A DNA stretch of 64,000 nt from an uncultured Bacteroidales bacterium (GTDB taxonomy: Bacteria > Bacteroidota > Bacteroidia > Bacteroidales > JAGOPY01): contig CAYJNJ010000001.1 in assembly GCA_964371595.1 (NCBI GenBank), positions 46,408 through 110,407 of the forward strand. Reading direction: 5' to 3'. The notes below the pieces were generated by a model. It made no database searches. It was not told the DNA's origin and saw nothing but the letters and a program-made list of their open reading frames with translations. This document shows, piece by piece, positions 45,372 through 53,293 of the stretch (its first letter is position 1; every line of letters starts with the position of its first letter). Both the position numbers and the translations under genes were made by a program.

Positions 45372-45560
45372 TTGAACCATGATGTCAGGCTGGATCTTGT
45401 TCCTGTTGAATTTATCAAAACCATGACCCTGAAGAATTTCAGCCCGAACACCATCAGGACTTACAAGTCGACGAGTTCAAAGACCATGGAAAATTATACA
45501 CACATTACACAAAGGGGATCGTGGAAAATAAAACGTCCGCCGGATAATTTTGATATTTAA
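45372..45560 (+). pseudogene. tyrosine recombinase (integrase) remnant with an internal deletion
   Basis: The 62-aa ORF joins an N-terminal SAM-like segment (FIKTMTLKNFSPNTIRTYKS) directly to the extreme C-terminal catalytic-Tyr segment (SSKTMENYTHITQ...IKRPPDNF). The roughly 250 aa that normally separate them are missing. Confidence 0.65.
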
Positions 45561-45694
45561 TTTTATTATATTTGAGGTAGGTAACCAAATCGATTTTCCA
45601 GTGAATGCTCTTCACTTATCATTTTCCATTCCAGTATACAATACCATCCAAAATGGAGGCGTTTATGCCATTGGTAAGTCGATTTATCAAAAAT

Positions 45695-45736
45695 AAATGC
45701 ACTGCATTTGCACAATCGTTGGCACCAATTGTGCGC
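45695..45736 (+). mobile_element. attI-like junction: two small palindromes around the first GTT crossover core
   Basis: The first palindrome is AAATGCA-C-TGCATTT (45695-45709). The second, GCACAAT..ATTGTGC (45710-16 and 45728-34), encloses GTTGGCACC (45718-26). That core is complementary to the 5' end of the first attC-like site. Confidence 0.45.
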
Positions 45737-45785
45737 AACCAGACAGGTAGTTTAAACATCTTAGAGTAAAAAAAACAATAAAAAT

Positions 45786-46436
45786 ATGAAAACAATAAAA
45801 TTCTTAGGATTACCATTATTATTCATAATGTATTTGATGATTACACTTCCATTTCAGAGTTGCAAGCCTGATGATGAAGATTGTAATTCCAGCACGGCTG
45901 ATAAACCTAACATTTATATATATCCAAATGAAAAAATCCAATTGACAGTAAAACTTGATTTTCCAATGGGCGGCAAAATTGTAAAATCAATCCCTGAATA
46001 TGGAACAGGTTGGAATGTTTTGGTTGATACAACTGGATTGATGGATAACACTTATTCCTATTTATTTTATGAAAGCATTCAACCTGATATTTGGCAACGA
46101 AACTATGGCTGGAGTATTGAAACTGATGATTTAGATTTATTTTTTAGAAATAATTTGACAGAGTATGGATTTAAAGGTGGAGAAATTGAAGATTTTGTTG
46201 ACTATTGGATTCCTCGACTTAAATATTCCCCATATTATTTAATTTATCCACAAACAAAAAATTTAATTGACAATGTTATAAAATTCGATTTTTCACAGCA
46301 ACCTGATAATTTGTTGAGACTTTTTTATCTCATTAAAGGAAGCAATCAATTACAAGAGAGTTTAATAGAACCGAAAATAGATAATTTTAAAAGAGAAGGA
46401 TATGTTGTGACAGAATGGGGAGTGATTCTGAAATAA
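45786..46436 (+). CDS. hypothetical lipoprotein (cassette 1)
   Basis: 216 aa. It has a signal peptide with Cys (FQSC), is AT-rich, and has no recognisable domain. Confidence 0.7.
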   Translation: MKTIKFLGLPLLFIMYLMITLPFQSCKPDDEDCNSSTADKPNIYIYPNEKIQLTVKLDFPMGGKIVKSIPEYGTGWNVLVDTTGLMDNTYSYLFYESIQPDIWQRNYGWSIETDDLDLFFRNNLTEYGFKGGEIEDFVDYWIPRLKYSPYYLIYPQTKNLIDNVIKFDFSQQPDNLLRLFYLIKGSNQLQESLIEPKIDNFKREGYVVTEWGVILK

Positions 46437-46605
46437 CAACTGGTGCCAACGAACGCGCAGCGCCCAGCCCGGACCTCAAATTGTCCGTCCAGGCCGGCGC
46501 TTATTAAGTAAAAAATGAAAAGTGAAAAATGAAAAATGAAGAAGCGCCTTCCGCCAAATGGCGGACAAATAACCCGGCCCAATGCGCTGCGCTCGCACGT
46601 TACAG
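46437..46605 (+). mobile_element. attC-like recombination site 1 (long imperfect palindrome)
   Basis: The 5' end is CAACTGGTGCCAAC and the 3' end is GTTACAG. The internal stem GCGCAGCGC (46455-63) pairs with GCGCTGCGC (46584-92). The inner arms ATTGTCCGTC..GGCGCTT and AAGCGCC..GGCGGACAAAT also pair. Confidence 0.6.
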
Positions 46606-46631
46606 GGCATTTTAAAAGTAAAATAATTCCA

Positions 46632-47639
46632 ATGAAGAGTTTTTATATTCTAATAAGCTTAATTTTTATATTCATTATGGGAAGGACACAAGATTGTCCA
46701 TATGAAATACATTTTACAACTCAATCGCAAATAGATAGTTTTCAAATCCGATATCCAAATTGTACTGAGATTGATGGACATATTCATATAGGCGGATCTG
46801 ATGATATAACCAATTTGAATGGACTCAGTCAAATTACTTCAATTGGTGGATGGCTTAGAATTGAATTTAATGTTGCTCTTACCAATTTATCGGGACTTGA
46901 AGGAATTACCACAGCCAATTGGTTACATATCAACAACAATGGATCTCTACTTGACTTGACAGGATTGAATAATCTAACTTCGTTAGAAGGCTGGGTAGTA
47001 TTGTATGCAAACCAAAATTTAACAAGCCTGAATGGTTTAAATAGTTTAACTTCTATAGGAGGAAACTTATATATTGGAGAAGATATTGATGGTGGCGGAA
47101 ATCCAGCACTGGCAAATATTGAAGCACTGGGAAATTTGACTTCGATTAATGGTGGAATTCGAATAATAAATAATGTAGCTCTTAACAGCCTAGATGGAAT
47201 AGAAAATATTGATGCAAGTTCAATTTATGGATTAATAATTTATAATAACTCATCATTATCAACCTGTGAAGTACAAAGTGTTTGTTCATATTTGGCCAGT
47301 CCAAATGGAGCCATAGAAATTCATGACAACAACTCTGGATGCCTCAGCCAAAACGAAGTTGAAACAGCTTGTGGAGTTGGATTTGATGAGAAAGGAACAT
47401 TTGGAGGACCAATCAATATTTATCCTAATCCAACCTCTGAACAATTCACAATTGAATCCAAAGTACCAATACATCAGGGTGTTATTGGTATTTTCAGCGT
47501 AGATGGTCATGAGATTAAACATTACCAAATCACTGAATCAAAAATGAATATTGATATAAGATATTTGCCCTCTGGAGTTTATTTTGTGAGAGTTACGTGT
47601 GAAAATGTAGTAAGAATGTTCAAAATAGTAAAGTATTAA
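46632..47639 (+). CDS. leucine-rich / receptor-L-domain-like repeat protein with a T9SS C-terminal sorting domain (cassette 2)
   Basis: It has a signal peptide and repeated LTSLxGLxxLTSIGGxLxI motifs. The C-terminus (INIYPNPTSEQFTIES...GVYFVRV) is a T9SS tail. The ATG at 46632 is preferred because the upstream part of the ORF lies in the attC-like repeat. Confidence 0.75.
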   Translation: MKSFYILISLIFIFIMGRTQDCPYEIHFTTQSQIDSFQIRYPNCTEIDGHIHIGGSDDITNLNGLSQITSIGGWLRIEFNVALTNLSGLEGITTANWLHINNNGSLLDLTGLNNLTSLEGWVVLYANQNLTSLNGLNSLTSIGGNLYIGEDIDGGGNPALANIEALGNLTSINGGIRIINNVALNSLDGIENIDASSIYGLIIYNNSSLSTCEVQSVCSYLASPNGAIEIHDNNSGCLSQNEVETACGVGFDEKGTFGGPINIYPNPTSEQFTIESKVPIHQGVIGIFSVDGHEIKHYQITESKMNIDIRYLPSGVYFVRVTCENVVRMFKIVKY

Positions 47640-47642
47640 GGA

Positions 47643-47712
47643 TTTAAAACGCCCTGTAACAAAACGCAATTGCCAGCCGAAAAAAGCCCGGCAGTTGCGC
47701 CAATCGTTAGGT
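47643..47712 (+). mobile_element. attC-like recombination site 2 (70 bp)
   Basis: The sequence runs TTTAAAACGCCCTGTAAC...CGCAATTGCC (47665-74), which pairs with GGCAGTTGCG (47690-99), then ...GTTAGGT (47706-12). GTTAGGT fits the GTTRRRY consensus. Confidence 0.65.
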
Positions 47713-47939
47713 TTAATTGGTAATGAACACTGGATAATAAACCGTAAAAATATGAAAGCAAATATTTTCATTCTGAATTTCTGGATTCTATTATGCACTT
47801 GTATAGCTCTACCATCTTGTAAGGAAGACAATGACGGATTATATATGCTATGATATGGAAACTAATCTTGTCAAAATTACAGCGATACAAAAACCTGACT
47901 AATATATAATTAATTTCAATCGAGAAAAAATCTCAGTCC

Positions 47940-48395
47940 ATGAATAGATTTAAAATTTTGTCAATCCTGTTAATTAGTATTTTAATAGGTTCATGTGAGA
48001 ATGACTCAAATAATGAAAATAACGTAAATGACTTAAAAGATGTCAAATGGATGTTAATAGGGTTTCAATCACAGGACACTCACAAAGTGGAATTCAAACC
48101 AGAAAACCTGAAAGAAATGGATATTGAGTTTAATGATGGTCACTGGATACATGCAATAAGCTCGTGCAATTGGTTTGATGGTTATTACTCAGTTGCAAAC
48201 CCGGATAAAATACAGATTGATAGTTTATATTCAACGATGATGAATTGTGAAAATGATACAATTCGAAACTGGGAAGAAAGATACTATAATGAATTAAAAA
48301 ATGCTACGAATTATCGCATAGCTGGAGATAACTTATTCATTACAACGAAATTAAATACTGAAATCATCTTTCTCGCAGAATATATAACCAATTAA
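47940..48395 (+). CDS. META domain-containing lipoprotein (HslJ-like) (cassette 3)
   Basis: It has the lipobox LIGSC. The pattern DVKWMLIGF...CNWFDGYY...D.LYSTMMNC is typical of META domains. Confidence 0.75.
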   Translation: MNRFKILSILLISILIGSCENDSNNENNVNDLKDVKWMLIGFQSQDTHKVEFKPENLKEMDIEFNDGHWIHAISSCNWFDGYYSVANPDKIQIDSLYSTMMNCENDTIRNWEERYYNELKNATNYRIAGDNLFITTKLNTEIIFLAEYITN

Positions 48396-48440
48396 AGCTA
48401 ACGAACGAACAGCGCCCAGGCGTCAGGCACTATTGCGGAT
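48388..48440 (+). mobile_element. attC-like site 3, apparently truncated (5' arm only)
   Basis: CCAATTAAAGCTAAC is followed by GAACGAACAGCGCCCAGG, which matches the 5' arm of site 1. I found no convincing 3' arm or GTT core. Confidence 0.4.
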
Positions 48441-48447
48441 ATTAAAA

Positions 48448-49017
48448 ATGGAATTTTCTACAACACTGTTATCCGGACAAGAAAAAATGACTGATTCTGA
48501 ATTAAAAATTATTCAGAAAGAAAAATGGCGTCAAATATTTCCAGCTTCAATGATTTTTCTGTTCCTCTTCCTAATTTTATTCATTTATTCAAGCTTGAAG
48601 AATGAATATGGAACTATGTTCCTTGTTTTATTAAGTTTCTCATTAGTAATAAGTATCATTTCATTTTTAATGCTCGTTAGAAAGTATAATGAGGATCTTA
48701 AAATTCAAAAAGTCGACTTAATTGAGAAAATAGTTGAAGACAAGGTATATAAAGTCGATTATGAACCAGGCAGTGCTTCAATTCCAGTCAATCTACTATC
48801 GTTGTTCTTTATTAAATCTTTGCTTAAAAGAAAAATGAAAGAGGTCCATCTATACTATCTAGTGATCGAAGGTGAAAAACTATATATCGATCAAAACCAA
48901 TTTGAAAAAGCTGAAGTAAGCAAACCCATAATCATAAGACAAACATCAATTGCAAAAGTATTTACAGGACTTCAAATCCAAATAAATAAGTTATCTGATG
49001 AGAAAATTATTTTTTAA
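48448..49017 (+). CDS. hypothetical membrane protein (cassette 4, first ORF)
   Basis: It has an ATG start, two predicted TM helices and very low GC. No domain is recognised. Confidence 0.6.
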   Translation: MEFSTTLLSGQEKMTDSELKIIQKEKWRQIFPASMIFLFLFLILFIYSSLKNEYGTMFLVLLSFSLVISIISFLMLVRKYNEDLKIQKVDLIEKIVEDKVYKVDYEPGSASIPVNLLSLFFIKSLLKRKMKEVHLYYLVIEGEKLYIDQNQFEKAEVSKPIIIRQTSIAKVFTGLQIQINKLSDEKIIF

Positions 49018-49519
49018 TACTCTTGTTTTGCTTTCATTGATATTAATAATTGGCGCTTGTAATAAAAATCCAAGTGAAGCAGATCCTAATAATATAGATT
49101 TTGAAGGAATAACCTCAAGAGACATCTTTGGTCAATCTACAGGTTTCTACGATTCAACAGACTGGCGACTAGACGATATTTGGCAAGGCAAAGAAATTGA
49201 GTTATTTGCTGACTATGAGCTATATAATTATAATTCTCCAATTAATTTAACTAATCAAATTGTCGGTTACCCTAACCCAATTGTTGATTCCATGTTTCTA
49301 CTGCACATCGAAAAAGACTCATCAACAAGAATAGATTTTCGGATTGTAAACCAAAATTTTGAGAAATTGATTTCCATTGATTCTTTGTATGTTCAACAAA
49401 TTGCAATGACTTTCAAAGATATTTTGACTGAAAATGATAACATGCTTAGAATATATTATCGATTTGTTCAATCAGATAATAGTGGATTTATTGGGCATGG
49501 AGACATTTTAATTAAATAA
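48998..49519 (+). CDS. hypothetical lipoprotein (cassette 4, second ORF)
   Basis: 173 aa with the lipobox IIGAC. It overlaps the previous ORF by 20 nt. Confidence 0.65.
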   Translation: MRKLFFNTLVLLSLILIIGACNKNPSEADPNNIDFEGITSRDIFGQSTGFYDSTDWRLDDIWQGKEIELFADYELYNYNSPINLTNQIVGYPNPIVDSMFLLHIEKDSSTRIDFRIVNQNFEKLISIDSLYVQQIAMTFKDILTENDNMLRIYYRFVQSDNSGFIGHGDILIK

Positions 49520-49696
49520 CGCCCTACCACGGACATGCAAAGGCCAGGCCGGATCTCAAATTGTCCGTCAAGGCAGGCGCTTATTAAGTGAGAAATGAAA
49601 AACGAAAAATGAAAAACGAAGAAGCGCCCTCCGCCAACCGGCGGACAAATAACCCGGGCCAGGGCGCTGCTCAGAGCGCAGCACACCAAGTGGCTA
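49511..49696 (+). mobile_element. attC-like site 4: long form homologous to site 1, with a degenerate 3' core
   Basis: The central 110 nt or so are close to identical to 46465-46590, including the AAATGAAAA loop words. At the 3' end, GCAGCACACCAAGTGG stands where GTTACACACCTGGTGG would be expected. Confidence 0.5.
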
Positions 49697-49750
49697 TAAG
49701 TCGAGCTTATTTCGTTCAATTTTTCGTATTTTTGTATAAAATGTCATCAT

Positions 49751-49993
49751 ATGGACCTGCAAACTAGAAAATTGAATTTCATTCAGGAGTTCCTTCGTTT
49801 GAACAACGAAAAGCTTATTAATAAGCTGGAGAATCTCTTGAAATCGGAAAAAGCTAAATCCTACGAACAACACCTATCTCCTTTAAGCGAAGAGGAATTA
49901 AATAGAATAATTGATGAAGCTGAAAAGGATTCTAAAGAAGGAAGATTAACATCGGCAGTTGAGCTTAAAAAAGAAATTGATTCATGGAGCTAA
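49751..49993 (+). CDS. putative antitoxin / addiction-module component (cassette 5)
   Basis: It is an 80-aa helical protein. Its stop overlaps the ATG of a RelE/ParE-like reading frame. Confidence 0.55.
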   Translation: MDLQTRKLNFIQEFLRLNNEKLINKLENLLKSEKAKSYEQHLSPLSEEELNRIIDEAEKDSKEGRLTSAVELKKEIDSWS

Positions 49994-50307
49994 GAGTCTT
50001 TTGGACTGATACGGCCCTTAATCAGCTCAAAGATATTTTTCATTATTATAAAGTCAAGACCAACCAGAAGGTCGCAAATGATATTGCCAGTAAGTTAGTT
50101 AACCGAACCATTCAATTAGAGTAAAATCCCAGAAGTGGGCAAAAAGAGCCTCTCCTAGCCAACCGAAAGTTTGAATATCGATACCTTGTTGAAGGAAATT
50201 ACAAAATCATTTATTGGATAGAAGACAATTATGTCAAGATAGCGACCGTGTTTGATTCCAGGCAAAATCCCAAGAAATTAGCCAAGTTGAATCCACCAGG
50301 TGTGTAA
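49984..50307 (+). pseudogene. RelE/ParE family toxin gene interrupted by an in-frame TAA
   Basis: The reading frame gives MELRVFWTDTALNQLKDIFHYY...IQLE, then TAA at 50122-50124, then NPRSGQKEPLLANRKFEYRYLVEGNYKIIYWIEDNYVKIATVFDSRQNP. Read through the stop, this is a full-length ParE/RelE-like protein of about 107 aa. Confidence 0.7.
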
Positions 50308-50339
50308 CAAACGCGCACCGCCCAGGTCGAACGTTATAG
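50293..50339 (+). mobile_element. attC-like site 5 (short form)
   Basis: The sequence is CCACCAGGTGTGTAAC, then AAACGCGCACCGCCCAGG (the family 5' arm), then TCGAAC-GTTATAG. Confidence 0.45.
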
Positions 50340-50412
50340 GCTATGTCAAACGACTGCTAAGTATGACGGAAAATAACAACCCGAAAGGTTAATTTAAACA
50401 AATATTAATATT

Positions 50413-50871
50413 ATGAAAAAGTTACAATTCACTATAAGCATCAATGCTCCTGTGACCAAGATCTACGATTTTATGCTTGGTATCACCAGTAAATCAACTT
50501 ATGAGCAATGGACTTCTTTGTTTAACCCGACATCGACCTATGAAGGAAGTTGGAACAAGGGAAATAAAATTCTATTTATTGGAGTAGATGAGAAAGGAGA
50601 AAAGGGAGGGATGGTTTCCAGGATAGCAGAAAACATCCCCAACCGATTTGTTTCGATTCAACATTATGGTCTTTATAAAGCTGACAAGGAAATCACAGAA
50701 GGACCAGAAGTGGAAAAATGGGCAAACGGATTTGAAAACTATACCTTCGAAGAAAACAATGGAACTACAACCGTTACTGTTGACTTAGACACCATTGAAG
50801 ATTTTTTAGATTATATGAACCAGACCTACCCAAAAGCACTCGATAAGTTGAAAGAACTTTGTGAAAAATAA
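50413..50871 (+). CDS. SRPBCC / AHSA1-like domain protein
   Basis: 152 aa. Its size and pattern are typical of the Activator-of-Hsp90-ATPase-homologue-like SRPBCC family. Confidence 0.65.
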   Translation: MKKLQFTISINAPVTKIYDFMLGITSKSTYEQWTSLFNPTSTYEGSWNKGNKILFIGVDEKGEKGGMVSRIAENIPNRFVSIQHYGLYKADKEITEGPEVEKWANGFENYTFEENNGTTTVTVDLDTIEDFLDYMNQTYPKALDKLKELCEK

Positions 50872-51230
50872 CAATTTATCCTTAGTGGTTATTGAGGTTG
50901 TACCGGTGGAATAGAATAGCGTGATGTTGGGATAATAGTCAAGCGTATAGCTTGTCGCGGGCGGATCCATCGGGTTAAAAGGAACATCATCCTGTTCCGC
51001 GGTACGCGAACAGTTTGAATTCGTATCCATCGTAGGCCTTATTAAATATGCCATCAATAAAGGTTTGATAGGATAGACACTACCCACACAATCCACAATC
51101 AGAACAATTATTAGATTCATCTGTTAATTTCGGGATGAATTTTAATATATAACAAAATGAGAAAATAAATTTGCGCAATCAAATAGTTGCGCTTATATTT
51201 GCAACCAGATAATTGCACGATCACCATAGC

Positions 51231-51563
51231 ATGAAAACAAGACGAGATGCATTTCAGGCAATAGCCGACCCAACACGAAGGGCAATCTTGTTATTGATTG
51301 CTGCACAGTCAATGACACCGAATGCAATTGCAGAAGAATTTCACACCAGCAGACAAGCGGTTTCAAAGCATATTCAAATACTTACCGAATGTGAATTGGT
51401 GAAGCAAGAGCAAAAAGGAAGAGAAATATATTACCACATCAATGCAAACAAAATAAATGAGATCGATAAATGGGTTGAGCAATTCAAAAATATTTTGGAA
51501 ACTCAGTTCACTCAACTCGACAATGTATTACTAAAACTAAAAAACATAAAAAATGAAAAATAA
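51231..51563 (+). CDS. ArsR/SmtB family transcriptional regulator
   Basis: [17 protein letters not shown] forms the start of a winged helix-turn-helix domain. It overlaps the following SRPBCC gene. The ATG at 51231 is preferred to the TTG at 51213. Confidence 0.85.
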   Translation: MKTRRDAFQAIADPTRRAILLLIAAQSMTPNAIAEEFHTSRQAVSKHIQILTECELVKQEQKGREIYYHINANKINEIDKWVEQFKNILETQFTQLDNVLLKLKNIKNEK

Positions 51564-52044
51564 TTTGCTATTTGATTTTACCGTTGACAAAGCATCAAAA
51601 ACGGTATTTATAACCAGAGAATTTGATGCCGGCCTATCACTGGTATGGGATGCTTTTACCAAACCAGAAATTCTTGACCAATGGGTGGCACCTAAACCAT
51701 GGGTGTCAAAGACCAAATTTATGGACTTCAGGGTTGGCGGACGAAGATTTTATGCGATGGTAAGCCCTGAAGGACAAGAGCGTTGGGCAATTCAGAAATA
51801 CACTTCCATTAGCCCAAAAACCAATTTCAAAATGTTTAATGCTTTTGCGGACAAAGATGAAAACCCTGAATTACCTGGTTCTGACTGGGATTACACATTT
51901 AGCGAAGAGAACGGGAAGACAACAGTGCATATTACTATTTATAATGAATCACTTGCCCGTATGGAGAAGATGATTGAAATGGGCTTTAAGGAAGGATTCA
52001 CTATGAGCATGACCAACCTGGAAAATCTATTGGCAACTTTATGA
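51553..52044 (+). CDS. SRPBCC (AHSA1-like) domain protein
   Basis: 163 aa. Pairing with ArsR is a common arrangement. Confidence 0.7.
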   Translation: MKNNLLFDFTVDKASKTVFITREFDAGLSLVWDAFTKPEILDQWVAPKPWVSKTKFMDFRVGGRRFYAMVSPEGQERWAIQKYTSISPKTNFKMFNAFADKDENPELPGSDWDYTFSEENGKTTVHITIYNESLARMEKMIEMGFKEGFTMSMTNLENLLATL

Positions 52045-52093
52045 CATACTTAGCCCAAACGTACTGGAAGCATAGCTAATTGAAACATTCTGA

Positions 52094-52603
52094 ATGAAAA
52101 AGACTATAAAAAATCAAATTTTCTTTATTGGACTATTAACCGGATTATTAGTAAATTTAGGTTGCTCCAATAGATCAAGTGACACTACATTACAAGTGCA
52201 AAGCAATCAACAAGATATGAAAGCCACAAAAGAAACTTTAGTACAAATCCTTGATGCATTCAATCGGCATGACCTTGATGCGATCATGGAATTCTTCTCC
52301 GATGATTGCTCATTTGATTTTCCGAGGGGACCTGAATCCTGGGGACAACGCTACATTGGCAAAGCACAGGTACGAGAGGCACTTGCAGGCCGTTTCAAAG
52401 GAATTCCAGATGTTCATTATGGCGAAGACCGTCATTGGATTTCATCAGATGGAAATATGGGAGTATCAGAATGGACGCTTACCGGAACCACAACTTCAGG
52501 CCTCAGTTTAAAATTGAGAGGTTGTGACCTCTGGGAGTTTCGAAATGGCAAAATTATCCGAAAGGATTCATACTGGAAAATAGTTGAGCCAACATCGAAA
52601 TAA
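52094..52603 (+). CDS. SnoaL-like / NTF2 family lipoprotein
   Basis: It has the lipobox NLGC. The pattern AFNRHDLDAIMEFFSDDC...W.FRNGKI is typical of SnoaL-like polyketide-cyclase folds. Confidence 0.65.
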   Translation: MKKTIKNQIFFIGLLTGLLVNLGCSNRSSDTTLQVQSNQQDMKATKETLVQILDAFNRHDLDAIMEFFSDDCSFDFPRGPESWGQRYIGKAQVREALAGRFKGIPDVHYGEDRHWISSDGNMGVSEWTLTGTTTSGLSLKLRGCDLWEFRNGKIIRKDSYWKIVEPTSK

Positions 52604-52646
52604 GTATAGAATAAATTCACATCGGCGTATTGAAACAAAAACTACA

Positions 52647-53219
52647 ATGATGATACTCCACATAAAAAATATGGTCTGTAACCGCTGTAAGATGGTTGTG
52701 AAATCGGAACTGGAAAAACTCGGATACCACCCGGTTTATATTTCTTTAGGTGAGGTTACTCTGGAAAAGGAACTCACAAATCATGAAAAAGCGACAATAG
52801 ATACGACGCTAAAACAGGTTGGGTTTTCAGTTATAGACGATAGGAAAAGCAGATTGATAGAGAAGATTAAAACATTGATTGTTGAGCTTGTGCATCAAAA
52901 TAATAATGAACTCAAGACTAATCTTTCTGACTATCTGAGCAGTCAGTTAAACAACGACTACAAATACATCACTACCCTGTTTACAGAGGTGGAAGGAACC
53001 ACTATTGAAAAATATTTTATTGCACAGAAAATTGAGCGGGTGAAAGAACTGCTTGTTTACGATGAACTTTCACTTGGCGAAATTGCTTATCAACTAAATT
53101 ATTCCAGTGTAGCGTATCTAAGCGCTCAGTTTAAAAGGGTTACAGGATTAACTCCAAGTCATTTCAAAGAAATCCGCACTGAAAAAAGGAAATCTTTAGA
53201 TGAGCTGAAATTCTCATAA
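52647..53219 (+). CDS. AraC family transcriptional regulator with an N-terminal heavy-metal-associated (HMA-like) domain
   Basis: The N-terminus is MMILHIKNMVCNRCKMVV, containing the MxCxxC metal motif. The C-terminus is an AraC-type HTH (LNYSSVAYLSAQFKRVTGLTPS). It lies directly upstream of copA. Confidence 0.8.
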   Translation: MMILHIKNMVCNRCKMVVKSELEKLGYHPVYISLGEVTLEKELTNHEKATIDTTLKQVGFSVIDDRKSRLIEKIKTLIVELVHQNNNELKTNLSDYLSSQLNNDYKYITTLFTEVEGTTIEKYFIAQKIERVKELLVYDELSLGEIAYQLNYSSVAYLSAQFKRVTGLTPSHFKEIRTEKRKSLDELKFS

Positions 53220-53293
53220 CTCTTTCAGAAAATAGTGTAACGATTTAGCGGCCGGTTGTTGCCATTTTTGCAGTGTAATTAAAAACAAAAAAT

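Noticed and set aside
45071-45454. Minus-strand ORF with repeated LSSLMGLNGNFDSFP motifs
   Set aside because: It is simply the translation of the 51-52 bp tandem repeat. It overlaps the 3' end of the MazF gene and the recombinase remnant.
46346-46582. Two paralogous minus-strand ORFs (46346..46582 and 49468..49719) sharing VICPP.GG.RFF.FHFS.FI..LISA.LDGQFE
   Set aside because: Their similarity comes from the repeated attC-like element. They run antisense through palindromic DNA, have no independent start context, and overlap neighbouring genes.
50806-51120. Minus-strand 104-aa ORF between the SRPBCC gene and arsR
   Set aside because: It overlaps the 3' end of the SRPBCC gene by 66 nt and has no recognisable domain or convincing signal peptide. 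The 360-bp gap may hold a small gene or a gene remnant, but I cannot support a call.
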